From contig JAPLJA010000033.1 in the NCBI GenBank assembly GCA_026388815.1, positions 4,901-68,900 on the forward strand: DNA of 64,000 nucleotides, written 5' to 3'. Of the stretch, positions 9,388 to 18,640 are shown one piece after another. Below the pieces are notes generated by a model that was not told the origin of the DNA, searched no databases, and saw only the letters and a list, made by a program, of their open reading frames with translations. A program made the translations under genes and the position numbers. The stretch's first letter is position 1, and every line of letters begins with the position of its first letter. The DNA is from Pseudomonadota bacterium. Its GTDB lineage: Bacteria > Desulfobacterota > WTBG01 > JAPLJA01.

Positions 9388-9420
9388 ATATTGTGTTAGC
9401 AGATTCTATAAACACAATAT
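9388..9420. repeat. Perfect 10-bp inverted repeat, possible operator
   Basis: ATATTGTGTT-N13-AACACAATAT in the divergent intergenic region. Confidence 0.55.
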
Positions 9421-9462
9421 ATATGTATGTCAAGGAAATTTTTCTTGATGTGAAAATTTTTC

Positions 9463-9507
9463 TTGACAGGTAACTTAGATGCGATTAGAATGTTCACGAT
9501 TTGAACA
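9463..9507 (+). promoter_or_regulatory. Sigma70 promoter plus palindromic operator upstream of the regulator/glycan operon
   Basis: TTGACA(9463)-17 bp-TAGAAT(9486), followed by TGTTCA-N5-TGAACA (9491-9507). Confidence 0.8.
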
Positions 9508-9520
9508 CATAGAAGAACTA

Positions 9521-10099
9521 ATGGATAGTGAGTCGCACCGCATTTACAAAATATTAGAAGAGATATCAGTTGATGAGAGTATTACCCAGAGAAAACTGTC
9601 CCGGAAACTGGGTATAGCCCTTGGATTAACCAATCTTTATCTTAAGAGGATGATAAAAAAAGGTTACATCATGGTCAAGGCCATGCCCCGAAATCGGATT
9701 GTTTATAACCTCACTCCTAAAGGCATTACAGAAAAGGGATTGCTCACTCTTGAGTACATGAAATACTCCTTCAACTACTATAGGGAGTTCAGAGAAAGGA
9801 TCAGGAAAGCCTTTCAACAGGCAAGTGAGAACGGCGTGAAGAAATTGGTATTTTACGGGGCGGGTGAAGTAGGCGAACTTGCCTATCTTACCCTGCAGGA
9901 GAACGGCATGGAGCTCGCAGGAGTTGTTGACGACTTCAAGGTAGGAAAAGATTTCTTTGGAAAAAAGGTGGTAGGGATTGAGTCCTTGAAGAATCTCGAT
10001 TTTGATAGAGTTTTAATTACTGCCCTTTCGTCAAAGGAAGAGATATACAAGAGGTTGGTCAACAGTGGTATTCACGAAGAAAAAATCATCCTCTTTTAA
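9521..10099 (+). CDS. Winged-helix MarR-family EPS-associated transcriptional regulator with C-terminal Rossmann-like domain
   Basis: ITQRKLSRKLGIALGLTNLYLKRMIKKG..YNLTPKG..EK and FYGAGEVG. Start moved to 9521 because 9479 lies inside the promoter. Confidence 0.88.
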   Translation: MDSESHRIYKILEEISVDESITQRKLSRKLGIALGLTNLYLKRMIKKGYIMVKAMPRNRIVYNLTPKGITEKGLLTLEYMKYSFNYYREFRERIRKAFQQASENGVKKLVFYGAGEVGELAYLTLQENGMELAGVVDDFKVGKDFFGKKVVGIESLKNLDFDRVLITALSSKEEIYKRLVNSGIHEEKIILF

Positions 10100-10101
10100 T
10101 T

Positions 10102-11406
10102 ATGAACATCATGCAGATCATTCCCTATTTCTATCCTGCCTGGGCTTATGGTGGGACACCGCGGGTGGTCTTTGACCTGTGCAAGGAAATGGTTAAACAG
10201 GGGCAGAACGTAACAGTCTATACTACGGATACATTGGATAAAAATACCAGAATTAATCAAGCCGTCAGCTATCAGCCATCAGCTATCAGCCATCCAAAAC
10301 CCGAACCCCTAACCCCTAATCCCGAATCCCGAGGCTCTCTTTTTCATTTTGATACTGAGATTGATGGAATAAAAGTAAGATACTTCAGAAACATATCCAA
10401 TCGACTGGCTTTCACCCAGAAACTCTTCTTAACGCCTGGCTTTACTTCTCTCATCAAAGAGGAATTAAGGAACACAGACATTGTCCACCTCCAGGAATAC
10501 CGCACCTTCCAGAATGTGGCTGCCTGGAAGGCATGTAAACAGAGAGGAATTTCTTATGTTATCTCAGCGCATGGGGCAATAATGAAAATCATGGGCAGGG
10601 AGAAGAGGAAGGGTCTGTTTGACATGTGCTTTGGACTCAGAATCATAAGAGATGCCAGGAAACTGATTGCTTTAACTGAGCTTGAGAAGAGGCAATACCT
10701 GGAGTTTGGGATTGAAGATAAAAAGATCGAGGTTGTCCCCAGTGGTGTTGATATTTCTCAATTTCATACTCTCCCACCAAAAGGTACATTTCGAAAAAAG
10801 TATGGTCTCGGAGACTACCCGGTGATCCTCTTTCTTGGGCGGATACACAGGATAAAGGGGATTGATGTCCTGATTGATGCATTTGCTGATTTGAGAAGAG
10901 AGGAACCTAAGGCAAAGTTAATTATCGCCGGGCCTGATGATGGATTTAAAAAGGATTGCGGATTGCGGAGTGCGGAGTGCGGATTAAAGCAGGTGGATTT
11001 AAGTAACAAGGTGGAAGGAGAAAAAGGGAAGGTTAGAGAGGCGGATGTGATATTTACCGGTATGGTGAGTGGGGAGGAGAAATTTTCTCTCTATGTGGAT
11101 GCAGATGTAACAGTCCTCCCATCACGTTATGAAAACTTTCCTTCTGTCCCTTTTGAGTCCCTCATGTGTGGAACGCCAGTTGTGGTAAGCGAAGCATGTG
11201 GAGTAGCCGGGATGATCAAGAATGCTGGGGCTGGTTATATAGCAAAAGCAGAAGATATGGGCGATTTGAAAGAAAAGATACGGGAAGTGCTGGACAATAT
11301 GGAAAAGGCCCGGCTCTCAGTAGAGAAGGGACAAGAGTTGGTCAAGGATCAATTAAACTGGTGCACTATTGCTCAAAAGATGCTTCAGGTTTACAAGGGT
11401 TGTTAA
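10102..11406 (+). CDS. Glycosyltransferase family 4 with repeat-derived loop insertions
   Basis: YGGTP, FLGRIHRIKG, PSRYENFPSVPFESLMCGTPVV. Confidence 0.9.
   Translation: MNIMQIIPYFYPAWAYGGTPRVVFDLCKEMVKQGQNVTVYTTDTLDKNTRINQAVSYQPSAISHPKPEPLTPNPESRGSLFHFDTEIDGIKVRYFRNISNRLAFTQKLFLTPGFTSLIKEELRNTDIVHLQEYRTFQNVAAWKACKQRGISYVISAHGAIMKIMGREKRKGLFDMCFGLRIIRDARKLIALTELEKRQYLEFGIEDKKIEVVPSGVDISQFHTLPPKGTFRKKYGLGDYPVILFLGRIHRIKGIDVLIDAFADLRREEPKAKLIIAGPDDGFKKDCGLRSAECGLKQVDLSNKVEGEKGKVREADVIFTGMVSGEEKFSLYVDADVTVLPSRYENFPSVPFESLMCGTPVVVSEACGVAGMIKNAGAGYIAKAEDMGDLKEKIREVLDNMEKARLSVEKGQELVKDQLNWCTIAQKMLQVYKGC
10261..10331 (+). repeat. In-frame heptamer arrays (TCAGCNA-type x4, then AAHCCCK x5)
   Basis: gccgtcagctatcagccatcagctatcagccatc followed by aaacccg aacccct aacccct aatcccg aatcccg. 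Confidence 0.85.
10953..10985 (+). repeat. In-frame heptamer array (GGAKTGC) x4.7
   Basis: ggattgc ggattgc ggagtgc ggagtgc ggatt, encoding DCGLRSAECGL. Confidence 0.85.
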
Positions 11407-11476
11407 AACTGAGTATCAAAACAACACCTTACTGATATAAATTTTTATTTTTTGTGAAGCAGGAGGTGTTAGTTTA

Positions 11477-11644
11477 ATGAAGCAAAGGAGTATATCTTGG
11501 AGTGGTCGAGGACACGATTATTCTGAAACCGAAATCAATGTCGTTGTCGAGGCCATGCGCAATGCAGACCCCCTCACGCAAGGAAAGTATTTAACTGAAT
11601 TTGAGAATAGATTTAGAAAATCTCCACAGAGGATAATTTTATAA
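11477..11644 (+). pseudogene. 5' stump of a DegT/DnrJ aminotransferase
   Basis: Strong AGGAGG; translates to MKQRSISWSGRGHDYSETEINVVVEAMRNADPLTQGKYLTEFENRF and stops after 55 aa. Confidence 0.65.
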
Positions 11645-11646
11645 CC

Positions 11647-13128
11647 ATGAACATCGCCTGCATTTGCTCGGTTGTGGATTATGTTTTACGCAAGAAACCT
11701 TTAGTCAACCAACAGTGTATTCCAATGGGAATCGCTTCGATTGCCACTGTACTCCAGCAGGCTGGACACGATATTGTCACCCTTGTATTTTCTCCGGTTA
11801 CCCCGATCGCCACAACCGTGCGTGATTTTATTGTGCGCACTCAACCGCGGCTATGCTGTTTGAGTGCGGTTTCAACGCAATTTCCAGTTATGCGGGCGGT
11901 AGCCGAGTCGATTAAGGCCGTGGACCCTTCTATTTACGTGATCATAGGCGGGCCCCATGCATCTCTGAATCCGGAAGCCACGATGAGCCACAAGGTTTTT
12001 GATGCGGTCTGTATCAGTGAAGGAGAACAAGCTTCAGTGGAGCTGGCGGCACAATTGGCCCATGGAATTTCGGAACCGTCCGGGATTCCTAATCTGTGGC
12101 TGCGAACTCTGGCATCTCCCGATGGCATTGAACGGAATTCGCCCCGGCCATTCATCGAAGATCTTGCCAATATTCCATCCATAAATCGCGAATTATGGGT
12201 GCCGCACGTTGCGGATATTAACTATATGCCATCAATTTTGCTCGGCCGCGGCTGTCCATATCGCTGTACCTACTGTTCGAACCATGCCATGGCAAAGCTT
12301 GCGACAGGTCGATATGTCCGCTTACGCCCGATTTCTCAAGTGATAGATGAATTGCGTGCCGTCACATTGCGCTTTCCCAACGTCCAAGCCATCTTTTTTG
12401 AGGTCGAGACATTGGGCGCCGATGTCGGTTGGACGATCACGTTATGCAATGAACTTACCGCCTTCAATCGTAACCGTGAAAAACCACTGCGTTTTGGATC
12501 AAACTTAGCCGCCGGCCGACATGTGCTCTCGAACGAACAGTTGTTTAATGCCTTTAATAAAGCGAACTTTACGTTTATGAACATTGGACTGGAGAGTGGT
12601 TCGGAGAGGATCCGTGATGAAATATTGCGGCGACCACAGTATTCTAATGCTGAGATTATCACTTTCTGCGAAAAATTGCGCTGGCGGGGAATCAACGTGA
12701 ATCTTTTTGTACTGATAGGCATACCGACAGAAACACCTCATGACTGGCAGAAAACTATTGACGTCATTCGTGCGTGTCAACCGCAGTTCGTACTTAGCTC
12801 AATTTTTCATCCCTATCCGGGCACTGATTTGCATCATTACAGTCAGGTGCATGGATTATTGAGTGAGAAAGTTGAGACAGGCAAAATTGAAAGGCGCTCT
12901 TCCTTCCTGCGTCTGCCAGGCTTTTCACCGCGTCGGATCCAACGCGAATATTTGTTGCTGCCATGGGGCATTTTCCACGACCGCTGGCCGAAGCATCGCG
13001 TGATCGCGCAAATCGTGAAAAATTATATTAGCCTAAATCCGCGTCTCGATGCTTTTTGCCGCTATTTATTCAATTCAAACTCGGTCATGCGAATGATTTT
13101 GAAGCGGTTGAGCAACTATAATAACTGA
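11647..13128 (+). CDS. B12-binding radical SAM protein
   Basis: PMGIASIATVL, IGGPHAS, GRGCPYRCTYC, IGLESGS, PYPGT. Confidence 0.9.
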   Translation: MNIACICSVVDYVLRKKPLVNQQCIPMGIASIATVLQQAGHDIVTLVFSPVTPIATTVRDFIVRTQPRLCCLSAVSTQFPVMRAVAESIKAVDPSIYVIIGGPHASLNPEATMSHKVFDAVCISEGEQASVELAAQLAHGISEPSGIPNLWLRTLASPDGIERNSPRPFIEDLANIPSINRELWVPHVADINYMPSILLGRGCPYRCTYCSNHAMAKLATGRYVRLRPISQVIDELRAVTLRFPNVQAIFFEVETLGADVGWTITLCNELTAFNRNREKPLRFGSNLAAGRHVLSNEQLFNAFNKANFTFMNIGLESGSERIRDEILRRPQYSNAEIITFCEKLRWRGINVNLFVLIGIPTETPHDWQKTIDVIRACQPQFVLSSIFHPYPGTDLHHYSQVHGLLSEKVETGKIERRSSFLRLPGFSPRRIQREYLLLPWGIFHDRWPKHRVIAQIVKNYISLNPRLDAFCRYLFNSNSVMRMILKRLSNYNN

Positions 13129-13176
13129 AAAAGTTATTCGATGGTTGATTTATGAAAACTTTACAATTCTAAAAAA

Positions 13177-13671
13177 ATGAAAAAGACATTACGAAAAAAT
13201 TGGACGATCGCCTTGGAAGACATCGCGTTAGTTGTTTATGATTTTGATGGGGTGATGACAGATAACAGAGTTATCCTTTCTGAAGATGGTAAGGAAAGCG
13301 TAATAGTTAATAGATCAGATGGTTTAGCCGTAACTATTTTAAAGAACATGGGAGTTCGTCAGCTTATTCTTTCAAAGGAAAAAAATTCAATTGTATCGGC
13401 CAGAGCAAATAAGCTTGGACTCCCGGTTTTGCAAGGAATTGATAACAAAGAGTTGATTCTTCAACGATATTGTCAAGAAAATAACCTGCCTATTGATAAA
13501 GTTGTATTTGTTGGAAATGATTTAAACGATATTTGTTTAATGCGTATTGTAGGCTTCCCTTTGTGTCCGGCAGATGCTTATCCTGAAGTTAAAATCGAGT
13601 CAAAGTTCATTATTGCGGCAAATGGCGGATGTGGTGTCGTTAGAGAGCTTCTCAATCATTTAAGAAAGTAA
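13177..13671 (+). CDS. KdsC-like HAD phosphatase (2-keto-3-deoxy-sugar-phosphate phosphatase)
   Basis: YDFDGVMTD, NRSDG, FVGNDLND, GGCGVVRE. Confidence 0.88.
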   Translation: MKKTLRKNWTIALEDIALVVYDFDGVMTDNRVILSEDGKESVIVNRSDGLAVTILKNMGVRQLILSKEKNSIVSARANKLGLPVLQGIDNKELILQRYCQENNLPIDKVVFVGNDLNDICLMRIVGFPLCPADAYPEVKIESKFIIAANGGCGVVRELLNHLRK

Positions 13672-13674
13672 TGG

Positions 13675-14904
13675 ATGTATCGTATGAACGATATAAAGAA
13701 TCCAAATAAATATTTAGGGAACGAACTTAACTATATAAAGAAGGTCCTGGAGGGAGAATCTTGGTCATCTACAGGCGGTAGCTGGACAATTGCACTCGAA
13801 CAGGCTTTTGCGAAAAAAATTGGCACACAATACGCCGTTGCCTTTAACTCGGGAACTTCGACCCTCCATGCTGCCCTTGAAGCAGCAGGCGTTAAGGCGG
13901 GTGACGAGGTTCTTTCACCGGCTATAACGGTGATCATGGATACGACCGCTACCATTCTGGCAAATGCAGTTCCGGTGTACGTCGATGTCAATCCGAAGAC
14001 CTTCACAATGGATCCTGTGGATTTGGCCCAAAAAATTACCCCAAAGACAAGAGCCATAATAACAGTAGCCATTTATGGTCTCTCGCCTGATATGGATTCT
14101 ATTACTGATATTGCTCAAAAGCACAACATACCGGTAATCGAGGATAATGCCCAGGCCGTTCTCAGTTTCTACAAGGGATGCATGCTTGGCACCATCGGCG
14201 ACATGGCGAGTTTTAGTTTTGAGAATACAAAGCATATTTCCTGCGGCGAAGGCGGCATGGTTGTCACTAATAGTGAGGTTTACGCCGAAACTGTGCGGAA
14301 AATCGGAGGACACGGCTTCAAAAATCTCAAAGCGGATGAGGGACGCATCAGGCTCAACCAGGATGTTTTTCAAAACCCCCATTACAAGCGTCACAATATA
14401 CTTGGCTGGAACTATCGACTCTCCGAATTCAACGCAGCCATTGCACTGGCACAGCTCGAGCGTGTCGATGAACTGGTCGATCTGCGCATCAAGTCAGCTC
14501 ATCTTTTCATTGATGTTATGAATACATGTAATTACCTCATTCCCCAGGAAGTCCCGGAGGGATGTGTAAGTTCCTACTACACCCTTGGCGTTGTGTATGA
14601 GGGTGAGGAGCGCATAGGTGTATCCTGGGAAAAGTTCAGAAAGTCCTATATTGAAGAAGGCGGGGACGGGATATACGGCGCTTGGAGCGTACCATATCTC
14701 GAACCGATGATCACAGAAAGGCAGTATGTGAAAAGATGCCCCTGGGTCTATGAGAACGTTAAATATGAAAAAGGATTATGTCCGGTAGCGGAAGCTGTAC
14801 AGCCTAAGATAATGCAGTTTAAGACCAATTATAGGGATCCGAAACTTGCCGAAATAAAGGCTGATGTTCTTTTGAAGACAATTAAGCAGCTTAAAAGCAG
14901 ATAG
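13675..14904 (+). CDS. DegT/DnrJ/EryC1/StrS aminotransferase
   Basis: NSGTSTLHAAL, GDEV, IEDNAQA, SFENTKHISCGEGG. Confidence 0.92.
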   Translation: MYRMNDIKNPNKYLGNELNYIKKVLEGESWSSTGGSWTIALEQAFAKKIGTQYAVAFNSGTSTLHAALEAAGVKAGDEVLSPAITVIMDTTATILANAVPVYVDVNPKTFTMDPVDLAQKITPKTRAIITVAIYGLSPDMDSITDIAQKHNIPVIEDNAQAVLSFYKGCMLGTIGDMASFSFENTKHISCGEGGMVVTNSEVYAETVRKIGGHGFKNLKADEGRIRLNQDVFQNPHYKRHNILGWNYRLSEFNAAIALAQLERVDELVDLRIKSAHLFIDVMNTCNYLIPQEVPEGCVSSYYTLGVVYEGEERIGVSWEKFRKSYIEEGGDGIYGAWSVPYLEPMITERQYVKRCPWVYENVKYEKGLCPVAEAVQPKIMQFKTNYRDPKLAEIKADVLLKTIKQLKSR

Positions 14905-14916
14905 GGGCTGGAACAA

Positions 14917-15594
14917 ATGAAACAAATCATCGTGACCGGTTCAAAAGGGCTGATTGGCACGGAAGTGACTGGATATTTGAAATCCGCCGGCCATAAGATC
15001 ATAGAATGTGATTTGCGCCTAGGGCACGACCTTGCCGACGAAGAATTTGTTAAAGAATTTTTCAAAAAAAACAGGGCGGATTGCCTAGTGAATCTCTTTG
15101 CTTTGAATGATCATGTTGACAGTTCAAAGGAAAAAACTGACCTGTTCAATATTTCCCTGGAATCACTCAGCGACTATTTTAGGATAAATCTCACATGCTT
15201 GTTTTCCGTTTGCAGGGAATTCGCGAGGAATAACAGGAAGGGAACGATAGTGAATTTCTCTTCCACATACGGGATAACGGCGCCTTATCCTAGAATTTAT
15301 AAGGACAACCAAAAACATATCGGCTATTCTGTTTCAAAGGCCGGAGTTATTCAGATGACGAAACATCTGGCGGTTCTTCTGGCACCAGGCATCAGAGTGA
15401 ACTGCATTGCTCCAGGAGGCGTGAAGTATAAACAGGGCAGGGATTTTATTAAAAAATATAGCGAAAATGTTCCTATGAAAAGAATGATGGAGGCGAAAGA
15501 ATTAAATAAAATTGTGGAATATTTATGTTCTAACGATTCTTCCTATGTTACCGGATCGGTATTTTCCGTGGATGGAGGTTGGACTGCATGGTAA
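14917..15594 (+). CDS. Short-chain dehydrogenase/reductase
   Basis: TGSKGLIG, SSTYG, YSVSK, RVNCIAPGG, VDGGWTAW. Confidence 0.88.
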   Translation: MKQIIVTGSKGLIGTEVTGYLKSAGHKIIECDLRLGHDLADEEFVKEFFKKNRADCLVNLFALNDHVDSSKEKTDLFNISLESLSDYFRINLTCLFSVCREFARNNRKGTIVNFSSTYGITAPYPRIYKDNQKHIGYSVSKAGVIQMTKHLAVLLAPGIRVNCIAPGGVKYKQGRDFIKKYSENVPMKRMMEAKELNKIVEYLCSNDSSYVTGSVFSVDGGWTAW

Positions 15595-15959
15595 TGGTGC
15601 CGGATGAACTTACTAGACTTTTAGGCGGTATCAGAAGTAATTCGCCTGCGGCAATTGGAGAAGCTCTGATAAAAGTAGAACAAATATTTTTAAAGGAAAA
15701 ACTGATTGCTCCATATAATTATTGCTTTATAGGAACAAAACGTTGAATTGAAAAATTAAATAAAAAGGAGACTTAGTCGTGAAAACGATTGTAATGGCGA
15801 GCGCTACGAAAAATTCAGAAAGGATCATATAGAGTTGATCAGGGGCATAAAGTGTGTGGAGCATTGTGATATGAAGCTGATAGGCGAGTACCCTCAGTGA
15901 TGATATCGTCTTCTCCATTCGTTGTTTGTTGCCAATGATAATGGCATGGGAGCGGAATA

Positions 15960-16841
15960 ATGAGTAAGAAAAAACTGGATTTTTGCGGCCACAGCGTTGG
16001 CGATGATGAGCCGGTCTTCATGATTGCAGAGATTGGCTTGAATCACAACGGGGAGTTAGGAATAGCAAAGAAGCTTATAGATGCGGCGTTCGCGTGCAAC
16101 TGGCACTGTGTCAAGTTTCAGAAGAGAACCCCGGAAATCTGTGTCCCTGACCACCAGAAAACTGTAATCAAGGATACACCATGGGGTAAAATGAAGTATC
16201 TTGAATACAGACATAGAGTCGAGTTTGGAGAGAAGGAATACTCATATATCGACCACTATTGCCACGAGAAGCCGATCTTTTGGACAGCTTCGGTATGGGA
16301 CCTCCCGAGTCTTCAATTCATTCTCAGTTACAATGTGCCGTTTATAAAGATCCCGTCCGCAAAGCTTATCGACGCTGACCTTGTGCGTGCCGCCGCAATG
16401 ACTGGTAAGCCTGTGATTTTATCAACAGGCATGAGCACAGTCGAGGAAATTGATACAGCCGTTTCGGTGTTGGACGAATTTGCAACTGGTAATTACGTTC
16501 TGATGCACACGAATTCTATTTATCCCGCACCTCCTGAGGAGCTGAACTTGCGGGTCATAACCTTCCTCAAGGAACGGTACGGCTGCATCGTTGGTTACAG
16601 CGGCCATGAGTACGACTTGGAGCCGTCTGTTATCGCCGTTTCGCTTGGAGCAAGCCTTGTTGAAAGGCATGTGACGCTCGATCACAATATGTGGGGCTCC
16701 GACCATTTCGCGAGCCTCGAAGTCCACGGCATGGATCTGCTGCTTAAGAGGATAAAAAACATCAATATCATCCTCGGTAATGGCGTCAAGAAGCTATCGG
16801 AAACAGAAGCAGAAGTTAGGAAGAAACTAAGGGGATGCTAA
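15960..16841 (+). CDS. neuB: N-acylneuraminate(-9-phosphate) synthase, short form without SAF domain
   Basis: IAEIGLNHNG, VKFQKR, IKIPSA, LSTGMST, GYSGHE, ERHVTLD..MWGSDH. Confidence 0.9.
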   Translation: MSKKKLDFCGHSVGDDEPVFMIAEIGLNHNGELGIAKKLIDAAFACNWHCVKFQKRTPEICVPDHQKTVIKDTPWGKMKYLEYRHRVEFGEKEYSYIDHYCHEKPIFWTASVWDLPSLQFILSYNVPFIKIPSAKLIDADLVRAAAMTGKPVILSTGMSTVEEIDTAVSVLDEFATGNYVLMHTNSIYPAPPEELNLRVITFLKERYGCIVGYSGHEYDLEPSVIAVSLGASLVERHVTLDHNMWGSDHFASLEVHGMDLLLKRIKNINIILGNGVKKLSETEAEVRKKLRGC

Positions 16842-16845
16842 ACTC

Positions 16846-17607
16846 TTGAAAAGTGCAATATTTATCACCGTCAGATCCGATTCGAGCAGGCTGCCCAACA
16901 AGGCCCTACTGCCCATACTCGGCAAACCTGCAATAGAAATGATCATTCTGCGCGCGAAGCTTGTCAGGAATGTCGACACCATTATCGTCTGCACCACAGA
17001 GCGATACGTCGACGACAATATTGTTCAGATAGCCGAGGACTGCGGCGTCCAGTCTTTCCGCGGTAGCCTCAACGATAAACTCGACCGCTGGCTCGGCGCA
17101 GCAAGGAAGTTTGGCATCGACTGCTTCGTTAACATGGATGGTGACGACCTGCTCTGTGATCCAGAGCTGATGGAGACGGGCGTTAAGCAGCTCATGTCGA
17201 CAGCCGTGGATTTCATAGAGGCTCCTACAGGTCTCATCTGTGGCGCTTTCACCTATGGTATTAGGACAAAGGCTCTCGAAAAGGTCTGTAACATCAAAGG
17301 CACCAGCGACACTGAGATGATTTGGGTCTATTTCAAGGATACTGGTCTCTTTAATGTGGCGACGCTCACAGCGAACGACCCCATTTTTTACGATTCCATC
17401 ATCCGTATGACTCTCGACTATGAGGAGGATTTCGCCTTTTTCAAATCTATTTTCGAGCATTTCGGCTGTGTCAATAATGACACGCCACTGAGGTCAGTCG
17501 TACCATACTTGAAAGAGCATTCTGAGATTGTGCAGCTTAATGCCTTCAGACGACAGGATTGGGCAAGTCTCCAGAAGGAAAAAGCGAAACTGGTGCTGAA
17601 AACATAA
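16846..17607 (+). CDS. Cytidylyltransferase (SpsF/KdsB-like)
   Basis: VRSDSSRLPNK, FRGSLNDKLDR, DGDD, RMTLDYEED; TTG start. Confidence 0.85.
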   Translation: MKSAIFITVRSDSSRLPNKALLPILGKPAIEMIILRAKLVRNVDTIIVCTTERYVDDNIVQIAEDCGVQSFRGSLNDKLDRWLGAARKFGIDCFVNMDGDDLLCDPELMETGVKQLMSTAVDFIEAPTGLICGAFTYGIRTKALEKVCNIKGTSDTEMIWVYFKDTGLFNVATLTANDPIFYDSIIRMTLDYEEDFAFFKSIFEHFGCVNNDTPLRSVVPYLKEHSEIVQLNAFRRQDWASLQKEKAKLVLKT

Positions 17608-17729
17608 TGTCTACTTCAGAAATTATGGACAGTAACGTCACCCATGTTGTTTTTGTCATCCTCATCGATTTCGGTCACCTCGGCCGGAACCATCTCTTCA
17701 AGTCATTGCTGAATAGGGTTTGCCAATGA
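17607..17729 (+). pseudogene. Possible oxidoreductase (Gfo/Idh/MocA-like) 5' stump
   Basis: 40-aa ORF overlapping both neighbours; VILIDFGHLGRNHL resembles a decayed GxGxxG-R-H motif. Confidence 0.3.
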
Positions 17730-18541
17730 GTTTTAAAGATTTTAAAAAAATCTTACAGCTTCTACGTGAATTCTACGCAATAAACAAATCAGCTTATAAG
17801 AACAGCAAAAACACCAATATTACCAAAAAAAATAGTGAACTTCGCGATAAGTACAATGGTAAACGAATAATTATTATCTATACGGGCACATCAGTGGACC
17901 ATGTTGATTTTAAGCTATTAAAAGATGAATATGTGTTTGGTTGTAGTCTCTTGGCTCTGCATAAAAATTTTGACGATTTAGATGTGAATTTTTATGCAGA
18001 AGTTGATACATGGGGTTATCGTTTACATTATTTTTACAGTTGGTTATCACAAATTATTTATACAAAAACAAAACCTGGAACAAAAATATTTTTCGATGCA
18101 TCTTCTTATGAATTAGTAAAAAAACTTTATGCTTTCAGAGAAAAGGATACTCATTATTTAGCCTTTAATTCGACGTTTTTTGATAACGCCTCAAATGTTT
18201 CTATCGATATTGAAAAATTAAATAATATTATATCATTTGGTATTTTTAGCGCAAGTATTTGCATTTCAATATACATGGGATTTAAAAACATCTATTTGGT
18301 TGGTGCAGATTATACAAAAGATCCTATGATCTCAGGTCATTTTTATGATGGTGTGGAAGTTTGTTCACAACCAAGTCCGGAATTAGTTCAAAGGCATGAA
18401 ATAATTAATGAATTTTCTAATAGTAGAGGTGTGACTATATATAACGTAGTAGATAATGGATTTGATAGTAGAACTTTTAAACAAATTAGAACTGAGGAAT
18501 TTGTGAAAATGATACAGTCAAACAAAAAATCAATAATCTGA
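17726..18541 (+). CDS. MAF_flag10/DUF115-like protein (candidate nonulosonate transferase)
   Basis: LRDKYNGKRIIII.TG.S, SIYMGFKNIYLVGAD, HFY; very AT-rich. Confidence 0.7.
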   Translation: MSFKDFKKILQLLREFYAINKSAYKNSKNTNITKKNSELRDKYNGKRIIIIYTGTSVDHVDFKLLKDEYVFGCSLLALHKNFDDLDVNFYAEVDTWGYRLHYFYSWLSQIIYTKTKPGTKIFFDASSYELVKKLYAFREKDTHYLAFNSTFFDNASNVSIDIEKLNNIISFGIFSASICISIYMGFKNIYLVGADYTKDPMISGHFYDGVEVCSQPSPELVQRHEIINEFSNSRGVTIYNVVDNGFDSRTFKQIRTEEFVKMIQSNKKSII

Positions 18542-18640
18542 ATTTTTTGCTATATTGGTGCATTGATATTGGTACAAAACAATAACATATTTCATTATAA
18601 AATTAGCATATTCAGTGCCTTGTATAAATCGTGAGAAAAT

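Noticed and set aside
9479-9520. ORF-track start of the regulator at 9479
   Set aside because: It overlaps the -10 box and the operator; ATG 9521 fits better.
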